DNA of 55,948 nucleotides from Catajapyx aquilonaris (Eukaryota): NCBI GenBank assembly GCA_000934665.2, contig KZ537985.1, positions 124,001 to 179,948 of the forward strand, read 5' to 3'. Shown piece by piece: positions 37,939 to 48,067 of this stretch (position 1 is its first letter; each line of letters starts with the position of its first letter). The notes under the pieces were generated by a model. It saw only the letters and a program-made list of their open reading frames with translations, ran no database searches and was not told where the DNA came from. The position numbers and the translations under genes were made by a program.

Positions 37939-39741
37939 AAATAATTTGAGCCCCATAGCACACAATGTTACGTAAATTTAATTTGACATGATGAATTACA
38001 CTCTTAAACAACAATTGAGCAAAATATGCAAACTAAGCTGAAAATAATTTCAGTGAAATATTCAATTCCAAGCAAATTCCGAATTACAAATTAATGAAAT
38101 TGGGCGAAATATTTTAGAGTTTGTATGGGCTTAATATGCCCCTAGAGGCCTAGATTATAAATGTAATTTTATTTACACCCAATTACACCCCCCCCCCCTC
38201 CCGAAAAATTCCCTCCCTGGTACTTTGCAGTCCATCGAACCCCAGCACTTTCCGTCATGCACAGCAACTCAATTAGTAAATTAATGCCACGTTGTCCGTC
38301 TTCCCAAAGCACAGTACCGTGCGCCTCAAAGTCCCCCCTAGGCCTACGTATCCCCCATGATTACCAGCGCCATCTATGTCCCAGTTATTGAGCTGTAGCC
38401 TCCAGGGCGCGCATCCATCTGCTCCTGAGTTATTTAGAGGTCCGGCCCTGCTAGGCGATGACTACGGAATGAAATTCAAGAGGGGTCCGACCTGACACTA
38501 TCAGGGTCGTATATATCTTAAATATGTGTCAGGTCCCTCCTGCCCTTTAAGGAGGAAGCAGTTGGGTGTCAGAAATAACGATGTGATTCTTAGGACGTGA
38601 AAGAAAACTTAATTCGGACATTGCCATTAAGACGTCAGATCAGGTACGGCCAGCCTGCAGGGATGGAGTAAATTACATCACCCGTGGTCTTGGTGACAAC
38701 TTCACTGCAATGGCGCCTTCTCAAATATCAGGCGTTAATCACTATGCAGATTAATTAAAGCACAGACTCGATATTAATACTTTTTTTTAAAACCCCCGGT
38801 CGTTTCAAGCTTGATTAAAAATGTAACAATGGCTGTAAAATATTAATGGCACCTAATTGCGAAAACAACAAGAGCCATGTTGAGGCCCTATGGCGGATAC
38901 ATTTCAAATCCGAAATAATGGCTCGAACGTAAGACCGGTGCACATATAATTGGACAGTGAATGTAAAAACAAGTCAGGCCACATATTATATTAAACGCAC
39001 CTTGTCCAACACAAATGTTTAATAAGGAGTCAAAAATTTCTTACAAATAAGCAATCACTCAATATTTACTCTCACTTTGTAATCAGTCTATGTAGCACAC
39101 ATTCGGCCATGAAATCTCCATAATGCTATAGTCGCAATCCGGCCCAAGTATACACTCAAGTTACTCAACCGTGCCCTGACAGTTACCTGCGCAAAAAAAA
39201 AAAAAAGTCCGAATCCAGCAAATTGGTGCTTCCCACACCAATCTCTGGCGACCTGAAATGCTTCGCTCTTGATATTAATAGACTCCGGTGCGGAAATGTT
39301 GCAAAAGTGCCGAGTGCGAAATATTCCTCTCTCAGTGGGCGCCGATGGAATGCATATCCCGCTCTACGGGGGAAAGCGAATCTTTCCGCATCCAGAAAAT
39401 AACACACACAAAAAAAGCAGAAGAAGGGAACATAATTTCTGGCTAGAATGTAGGCCTATGACACGCGAACAAAAAAAAAAGGAAAATAAAACTAGTAGAA
39501 AATAACTGTTCTTTTCCGCTACTTCGTGCCTGGTTCTATCACTTATGCAATGCCTAATATCAGGTACGTGCAGGCCTTATGACACAACTTGTGATCAAAT
39601 GGAGCGGGTAATAGCTATTGTTGTGTGTAGATATGGCACGGTGGCTGCTTTCTCTGGTGCAAGTTCTAGCCAGCAATAGGAGGCTATTTGTATGACAACT
39701 GTGCAATACGCGTCACAGTCATGAAATATGACCTTTTCATA

Positions 39742-39828
39742 ATTAATAAATGAAATATTTTCATAATTTGCAGTTACTAATGAATTTTATTAGTAACTAC
39801 AAATTATAAAAATATTTCATTTATTAAT
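39742..39828. repeat. AT-rich palindrome
   Basis: ATTAATAAATGAAATATTTTCATAATTTGCAGTTACTAAT pairs with ATTAGTAACTACAAATTATAAAAATATTTCATTTATTAAT. Confidence 0.85.
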
Positions 39829-40713
39829 ATTATGCAGTCTCTGAATGTCAATTGCATCAATATCGCCTCAAAAAACAGCCAGTTCAATTTATCCGGATTA
39901 CCTAAGGCCATAAACACGAGCACACTGTCATTACACGTGTTCTACAGCATCTGAATGAATAATGTGACTTTAAATTTCTTATCACTTTCAATCAAATTAC
40001 GGGTTAGCACATGCAAGCTTCAATTATCCAAACCGTTAGATGTATGCATGTCAGAAATGTTAAATTTCATTTTAAGTCCGGGCCTACACCCAGTTCCGGT
40101 CCTATTTTGCTACTAGTCCTCCAGCTTGTACACAACACGAAAACACATCAATCCGGGATCCAGGTTTCCCACCCTGACCTCTGTTGACTCTCCACCCACC
40201 CCCTACAAACCGGTTGCAAGGTAGGATTTGAAGCTGCGCCCAGCTTCCCTAACTGACCACAGACAGATGTACGGGACACCCCCGCCAAAACCACCCCTCA
40301 ACTTCCCCGATCCACAGTCGGACAGATCGATATCCCACCCACCCCACCCAACCCCACCCACCGGAACCCACCCATCCCATCACCCCATTTCCTTCCCGCC
40401 AATTTTCTCCCTCCCTGGACCAGGGATTGAGAAGCCGCGCATCCGGATGATGCTGGACACCCAACCTCCCCCACCTCTCCCCACTCGCACCATCAACTCA
40501 ATTATCCACCTAATTAAAGCCCCGGCGCATGCAGACTGCCAAGAGCCTGAAAAATCCCGCCTGTGCTCATTTACAAGTCCCTTTGCCCGTGTACATCTGC
40601 CCCTGTCCAGAGATGTCGCCTGGTATGTCACTTACACCGCAGGATTTGACTAACTGGACAGTATGGACACTGTCAATGAGCTTGTTAGCATGTAGGTGGA
40701 GCCATCGTCGCGG

Positions 40714-40778
40714 TGACATCTGCCGGCCAGTATTCGAACTAGCCTACTCCTAGTTCGAATACTGGCCGGTAGATGTAG
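40714..40778. promoter_or_regulatory. Inverted pair of extended CTCF-like motifs
   Basis: 27-bp arms ACATCTGCCGGCCAGTATTCGAACTAG and CTAGTTCGAATACTGGCCGGTAGATGT, 7-nt loop; each arm is core + N10 + AACTA. Confidence 0.6.
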
Positions 40779-40889
40779 CTCCCCACCTTGGGGTAGGGGG
40801 AGCTGGTAAGGGCACGGGGGTTTCCATACGGCTGGGGTAGGACTGTCAGGGAATCGTGCGGATGACGAACCTGGGTGGAGACTTCCAGC

Positions 40890-41326
40890 TTTTTATTTAT
40901 TTATGTATTCTATGTATGTCTATTTATTTCTATTTATTTGGTTATCATTTTCTTTATGTAGTTTTTATTATTTATTTAGTTGGGTTTTATATATTATTTA
41001 TTCATTTTTTGTTTTTTTGTTTTTTTCATTTATTTTGTTCATATTTTGATTTATTAAGTTCTTGTTTATTTTTAATTTAGTTCTTATTTATTTATTATTT
41101 ATTTTAGTTCTATTTATTTATTATTAGTTATTATTTTATTAATTAAATTATAATTCTTAATTTAGTAATTTCGTTTTATTTTAATTTAGCTATTATTTTA
41201 GTTATTAAGCTATTTTACTATTTTAGCCATTAATTACTTTTATTTAGTTAGTTATTAAGTTACTTTCATTTAGTTAGTTATTAAGTTACTTTCATTTAGT
41301 TAGTTATTAAGTTATTTGTATTTAGT
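40890..41326 (+). repeat. T/A-rich low-complexity tract ending in 26-bp tandem repeats
   Basis: (TTTA/TTA)n-like sequence; about 3 copies of TTTAGTTAGTTATTAAGTTACTTTCA. Confidence 0.9.
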
Positions 41327-41473
41327 TAGTTGAATCCGGATGTAACAGCCTCGGCTATAACAGACTCGAAAGGCCTGTCCCTGCATACTTCCATATATGG
41401 CCTGTGTATCCGGCTATAACATACTGATTCAGTTACGCGGTCCTTTGAAGTCTGTTATATAAGGATTCAACTG
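41327..41473. mobile_element. Tc1/mariner (pogo/Tigger-like) MITE
   Basis: TAGTTGAATCC..GTAACAG ... CTGTTATATAAGGATTCAACTG|TA; internal GGCTATAACA repeats. Confidence 0.7.
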
Positions 41474-41503
41474 TATATTTATTTTATTATTATTTGTTTT
41501 TTT

Positions 41504-41527
41504 TTTGTAACAAGTCGTGTGACATCC
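41504..41527 (-). promoter_or_regulatory. Partner motif without an adjacent CTCF-like site
   Basis: Minus strand GGATGTCACACGACTTGTTACAAA. Confidence 0.5.
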
Positions 41528-42982
41528 TCTCTCCGGGCTAAGTTAGTCCTGCAACTTGCGTATTCTTAGACCACGACCCCCACTGACCCATCATGGTCTG
41601 AGGTCAGCAGCTCTCACAAAGACAAACAAAAGGGCCCAAAAAAGGACATCCAAATTTAGCCCCCATCCCCCCTCCCCCCTAGAAAACTTCTCCAAACTAG
41701 GCCAGTCCGTAAAAACCTTTTGTAGTCTTTCATAAAAGGCGACAGAAAAAAACGGATTCTTGTCACGCAATTCCGGAATACAAATAGTCGTGCGATTTTT
41801 TTTTTTCTTCGCTCCAAGCCAAAACGGTACTAAAAAAATCCCTTACGTGCCCCTGTTACCTCGTTCATTAGACGTCCTGCCAGCTGTAAAATTTGCGCTA
41901 ATTGTAAACGAGGCGCGTGTATAGTATTAACCATCCACGGGCCACCCCAAAATTAACAGTACAGGACATTTCTATCGGTCCCGGTGTGTAAGTCCCGTCT
42001 CTATTCAACCTCGCAAATCATAATAAAGCGCAATTACGCAAACAATCCAATAGAACCTAATCAGCCGCACGTACACAACTGAACAATGAAGAATAATTAG
42101 CTCAAAATCAAACGTCAAATTACTGGCTGATAATATTTATGGCCCGTATTTGCAACTCATAATTTAAGGGCTGGCTATAGCGTCGGCATAACGCAATTGC
42201 CACACGTGGAGTGTGCGTAAATAAACACACATTTTTTTTTTGCATATCATACGTGGTATTGTGCAAAAAGGCTTTAGATTGTTCCTCAAATATTTTTGGC
42301 ACTATTTTTTTTAGACTTTATCATCGAAAAATTATTATGGAACGGCTATGTCCGTCCATGATCACGCTATTTGCTTGTTTTGAAATCGCGACAATAGCGC
42401 AAAAATGGCGGATGTTTGGAGAAATCGCCGTTCTTTTCCGCCAAGAGAAAAATGCGCGGAAAATGAGCCAAGCGGATTCGCGTGCATTTACTGCAATAGT
42501 CTCTCTCTCTTTTTTTTTTGGAAAAAGTCTCCCCACCGCACATAAATCAAAAAAGAAGCCTTCTCTTTGTCGCCGCCGCAAAAAAAAAAACGCAAGTTGC
42601 TTGAAACTCCTCGCTTTTCTTTTTTTTTCTATTTCCGACTCTGAAAATGTCCTCCCACAATCATCTCCCGGATTAGAGGTGCAATCGCCCGTACCATTTT
42701 TCAATCACTTTTGGCGACAATTTCATTACTCCGGCTCATTTCTTAGCCTCGCATGAAGGGGCTTAATTAATTCCAATTATCATTCGGAGGAACTGCGGCA
42801 ACCCCTTCCCCCCCCCCCTTTTTTTTGCCTTTTAATGGTTCCCATTCTCGCTTCGGAAGATTGTCAATTTTTTATCGGTCGCATTGTCAACTGGGTCGGA
42901 AAAGCAAGAATCTGTAAATGGTTGGGCTTTCCCCGAGAGATGTCGGTAGCTCTGAGGTCATCAGGCGGTAGATACTAATCAG

Positions 42983-43211
42983 TAGGGCTGTGCGATATTT
43001 CGATACATCGACTGTCGATACGATATTTTCCTAATATCGAAGTTGCGATATCCGACTCTTGGCATGTGCGATGTATCGAATATCGATATTTTCTATGTCG
43101 ATTTTCGATATTTTTCCATGTCGGTTTTTCGATTTTCGATATATCGACTTCAATTCGATATTTTTTGAGTATCGAAAGTCGATATGCTATTTCGGATATC
43201 GCACAGCCATA
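42983..43211. mobile_element. hAT-superfamily MITE
   Basis: TIR TAGGGCTGTGCGATAT / ATATCGCACAGCCATA; 8-bp TSD CTAATCAG / CCAATCAG (7 of 8 match); interior rich in TCGATA repeats. Confidence 0.9.
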
Positions 43212-43309
43212 CCAATCAGGCCATCCCTCCTGACCCCGCAAGGTCACTCTGGGTAGTGGTCCAATAATACACATGTTCGGAACAACCGATTGCGACTAGC
43301 CTGCAGCCA

Positions 43310-43399
43310 GGCAGTTTCACGACTGACTTATACATGACCGCTCCCCCTATAGGTCCACCAGGACATCTTCCTACCATCTAGTGACGTACATCACAACTA
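43310..43399 (+). promoter_or_regulatory. Composite partner motif plus CTCF-like site
   Basis: GGCAGTTTCACGACT 43310-43324; TACCATCTAGTGA 43372-43384, 10 nt, AACTA 43395-43399. Confidence 0.55.
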
Positions 43400-43459
43400 A
43401 TTTTTAAAATGTAATACAGTCTCTCCCGGTCTCTCATAATTTAACTGATGCTACTTTAA

Positions 43460-43873
43460 AGGGACACTCCACTAAAAAAACAAGTTTGGCTCTAAAAATC
43501 GGGCAAAAAATTCTGAATCTGAAGGTGCAATCCGTTTTTCGCTACGCGGAACGGTAACTCCAGGGCGATAGGTCAAAGTGGGGAAATTCAAATAGTGCGC
43601 TAGAAGCTGGCAGTCCGCCAGCGACGCCCTCGGGACCTTGGGAACTGGAAGGCTGCTCCCGCCTGCCCGCGCGCTTAGGCCCATCCCAGAGCGGTGCAGC
43701 CCTCCAGTTCCCCTGTTCCCCGCGTGGCGGCGCCACTCATTAGCAGACGACACACTTTGACACCTCGCCCTGGGAGCACCGTTCCGCGTAGCGAAAAACG
43801 AATTGTACCATCGGATTCAGGATTTTTTGCCCGATTTTTAGAGCCAAACTTGTTTTTTGAGTGGTGTGTCCCT
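43460..43873. mobile_element. Kolobok-type MITE
   Basis: TTAA|AGGGACAC ... GTGTCCCT|TTAA; ~120-bp imperfect TIRs; AGG/CCT termini with TTAA TSD fit Kolobok rather than piggyBac (CCY). Confidence 0.9.
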
Positions 43874-44525
43874 TTAATGCTGAAAAGTAACTCCTATTAG
43901 TAGTCTATGGTGTGTTTCACCACCAAATAATGCGAACCTTGCCCTACACATACTGATAGCCTGCCACTTCCATGGTTTGACACGCATGTTTAAGCACGAG
44001 GTGAAATGATGCAACCAGTAAGACTTGATGCAATCGATACATTCGTGTTTACCCTAATAAAGTGATCAGTATGCAGCGCGTCCTTCGAACCGAAATGCAA
44101 ATTGCATGAGAGACGGTCATTTGCACTGGTAACAGCTCTGGTCGCGATACTAGGATTTACTGATACCCTTATGGTCACAATAGACAAGAGCACAATAGAG
44201 GTCTGGCCTAGCCGTTATAACGTCACGATTTTGACATGTTATATGCAGGATGTCGTAAAAGTCACCGCAGATTCCCATCGATTCTGCTGATTACATTGCT
44301 GTGTTTACGTCTCGCCTTCCCTTTTCCGTGTAATGCATATTGCATATACACTTCGCAATGATGGCTCGTTAGTGTCGTCAAGCCCGACCAGACATCAGGT
44401 CGTAGCAGCACAGTTACGTGTGCAATTGGCGTTAACATGTTACCTGAAGCGCTGCAATTTTCGCTGAATATACGCTTCAGAACTCAATAAACATCTCCCC
44501 CTACACCAGCCTCGGTTCAGACATC

Positions 44526-44569
44526 CACACGACTGCCTACAACCGTGTAGCCTCAACCCCATCTAGCGG
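44526..44569 (+). promoter_or_regulatory. Composite (degenerate partner motif) plus CTCF-like site
   Basis: CACACGACTGCCTACAA 44526-44542; CCCCATCTAGCGG 44557-44569. Confidence 0.55.
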
Positions 44570-46333
44570 ATTCGCGCGTCACAAATCCTAATAAACTCTA
44601 TAATGACCACTTGAGCTTCAATTAACCTACAATCCTCAGCTTTCAGTCAGGATATTACCTCCTAGCAAGTGACCCTCCATAAATTTTCACTTTACAGAAT
44701 TCGCGACACCTCGCGAGTTACCGAATTAACTGTTGCAGCCAACAATAAAGAAAGTTGCCATGCCATTTCTTTCCGTGACCCGCCATAACTGTCATTTACG
44801 CACTGCAAACAGGAGTAATAATTACATAAAAGTGGCGACAATGGATGTAAAACGCGAGGACGCAATTAGAAATTCTACAGGGAGTCCCCTGGTGTGATTT
44901 ATACATAGCTGCGAGTGGAGCCAGATTTTCCTTGTGTAATGAAGTGGGAGTTCTAAGCCTTCCGATTCGTCTAGATTTTCTCAGGGACAAGTATAATCGA
45001 CCCTGGTGCTTTAATAGCTAGGAGAAAATGGCGACTTCCAAACACAAACACCGGAAGAAAATTGACGCTTCTTTCTCTCATACTGGCCGGTTTTGAATGG
45101 ACCGGATGACTTCTTGTCCTTACTTTTTTTTTCGCTTCCTTATCGACCCAACTTCCGCTTTTATGGTCTTCCAGAAACTTGGAGAATGAGAAGCCTTTTC
45201 ATAATCTCCGAGCCAAGTGAATAATCATGACCGGTTTGGTGTCCCCTTTTCCCAGCTCATCGCCACACTTTTACCCTTGTCTCTGACTCTTTATGGCCGG
45301 TTTTAACATTTCGTCTCCTCAAGATATTACCCTCATCTGGGTCCCGTCAACGTGGATTTCCCAAACGAATTTCTAGGGTTAGTGCACTCGTTTAACGTTA
45401 AAGTTGGCTCCTGATAATGCACCAGGAAGAGAATATGCTCGTCACTAACACTGCTGAATAAGCGTTGACCTATGTCATTAAACAGTATGTGCCAACAAGT
45501 GTTGACATTGAAATGTCAACGGGAGGGTATCAATTTACGTGATTACAATAGGCTGTGGGCTCCAAGGCCCAGCAATGTTCATTTCTTATTCAGAAACTCC
45601 TTTCGTCGATAGTATGGTCGTGATGTCGAAGTTACATATATATGTCCAAGGTTGTCAGATAGAGTTAGTAACAGAGCGGTATAAACTTGAAGACTCAGTC
45701 GCACAAACCACAATTTCCAGAATAATACCTGAATAATAAGAACAAGCTGCATTTGCAAGGCCCAATCCTATTAGAGCAGCCGCTCCAGCTTTCAGTCTCC
45801 ATCTTTCAAAATTGATTCGTTGATTCTCGTTCCTTCTCCCAAAATACAGGCCTCGTGAATAAAACGGCAACAGGCAGTGTACATGGCAAGCCTCCCTACA
45901 AATACGATTAATGAAGAAGCTCATTATCACCCTTTGTTACTTGCACTAATCATAGAACTCGATAATTTTCAGGAGAGGCTCACTGGAGATAAAGAGCTAG
46001 GGTTTCCTTCAAGTATTAATGAACCTCATGTTCACCTCTCTTCGTTTCCTTGTTGGAGACTGAAGACTAGGGTTCTATCGGTATGTTCTGCAATCTTTAT
46101 CATCTCTGCAGGAATGTCACGTAATCAAGGGCTTAGGGGACTCGGAGGGCACTTGTCCGCTCAGAGCGGCGTGAAACTTTAATGAAGATCTTGGATGGTT
46201 ACACCCCCACCAGCACTGAATGAGAAATTCTGTGCAAAAACCAGATGTGATCGTGGACGCTCCTAAGTGCGACAATTACACTGTAAATATTTTTAAAAAT
46301 CATTCGTGTCACAAAGATGGTACGCTCGGCCGT

Positions 46334-46562
46334 GGGGCTTCGCTCCCCTGAACCCTCCTGTTGGGCTTCTCCCCGTCGCGACGGGGAGGGTGCAGGGGAG
46401 CGAAGGGGTGCAGGGGAGCGAAGGGGTGCAGGGGAGCGAAGGGGCGAATCCCAACAGGGGAGTGCAGGTATGGCCACCCTGTTTACGACGCGTCGTAAAC
46501 AGGGTGGCCATACCTGCACTCCCCTATTGGGCTTCGCCCCTTCGTAAACAGGGCGGCCATAC
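46334..46562. repeat. Complex GC-rich fold-back with 18-bp tandem repeats
   Basis: 20-bp palindrome 46369-46388; 3x GGGTGCAGGGGAGCGAAG 46388-46441; 108-bp zero-spacer palindrome 46437-46544 with 2 mismatches. Confidence 0.9.
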
Positions 46563-48029
46563 AGTAGTGAAGAGGCAGGCTTCTCCATCACAAACACATC
46601 CAAAATGACTCTCTAAGCCTCCATATGAGCCCCAAACTACGCACCAAAATGGCCTAATCCTTGCACGCAGTGTGCGATACCACTTCACCCATGTGCATCC
46701 AAAGCGAACCAAGTTGTGCTGCACATGTACTTTAGAGGCTCAGTTGACTAAAGCTCCCACCAACCCCGAAGCCAACAAGTTGCCATAGTTCGCTAAGTAT
46801 CGGAAAGTGCAGGATGGGAAAAGGAAGAGCAAGAGAGAGGAGGGTGCATGGTGGAAGGCCCTTTAAGACTCAACGGAAACTATGGAAACCTACTTATTGA
46901 GCTTGGTAAACAAGGCTATCTTCAACCCAAAAGAGCACCCATTTCCCGGAAATGTGGAGGTGAAGATGCTAAAAACAGTGTACTCCTCAACAAAGAGGAT
47001 GTTATATACCGACATAAAAAATGGCTCTCGTGGTTTATCGGGCTTGTGGGTTTGTGGTATACTGGAATATACTGTACCTGACAAGTCTTCCTCGTTTTTT
47101 CCCCCCATGCGGTTGACGAGGGTACCTCTTATCTAAACGAAGTGTTCCCTTTGGGCGAATAAAATAAGATGGGGTAAAAATGTGGATCCCACAGTGCAGA
47201 TTAGTAGTCATATCAATGGCACCCAACATATTTTAACAACACGATGGAAGGCGTCACAAAGATTCTCTCTCCAAAAAAATATATGCTCTAGCAGCCATGA
47301 TCAGCTCGCATAAAATTTGCATAGCGCCCGGGATGCGCTTGTTCGCTTCATGTTGCCTATAGGCTTGAATTACTGAACCTGACAACTGATATACAAAATT
47401 CAATTGCAAAAGCTCTCCTCTATTCACAGATCCAACCGCAACAGTACGGCAACTGAATCAGGGGAGGGGAAAAAATGTTTTGTGGCAAAATCAGTCATTC
47501 CCAATATTTCGACCATTTAGTTCCAACGATAAAAAAAGGCCCCATACTTGAAAGCATCATCATATTGCCGCATGTTGAATTAACGCCATCATACACGTTG
47601 TACCAACAACGAGCTGATTGGTTGCCCCTCAGCATATAGAATGTTTCTGCACCCTATAATCCACAACATCTCGCACTCGACCGAACCCGACGTTTCTAGG
47701 GAACTGACGTCACTCTCGTTTCTGAACGCTCATTGACCTCAAGACAACCGTACTGAAAAACCTCTTGTTTCCTTCCCCTGCAAGCGTATTTCCAGCAATA
47801 CAACTGCAGCTGAAAATAAACCCCGGTCCTGAAACATGTATGCTCGCTGACTTAACCGCAAGGAGTGAACAGAATCAGAAATGACAGCGACTGTCCCCAA
47901 AAAAAACCTCCGTTTAAGAGGAACAAAAGCGCACCATTTGCCTCTGGATCGAATTTTAGGAGCCAGAAACCAGCAGCTGCAAGCTAATCCTCCATGGACT
48001 AATGAAATCTGACAGCCCCAAAAGTGGAC

Positions 48030-48067
48030 TCACTAGAGGGCAGTGACGTCTGAAACAGTCGTGAAAC
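48030..48067 (-). promoter_or_regulatory. Composite partner motif plus CTCF-like site
   Basis: Minus strand GTTTCACGACT (48067-48057), then TGCCCTCTAGTGA (48042-48030). Confidence 0.55.

Noticed and set aside
45695..45736. SVAQTTISRIIPE resembling a Harbinger transposase helix-turn-helix
   Set aside because: The expected upstream LRFLATG-type motif and downstream DDE residues are absent
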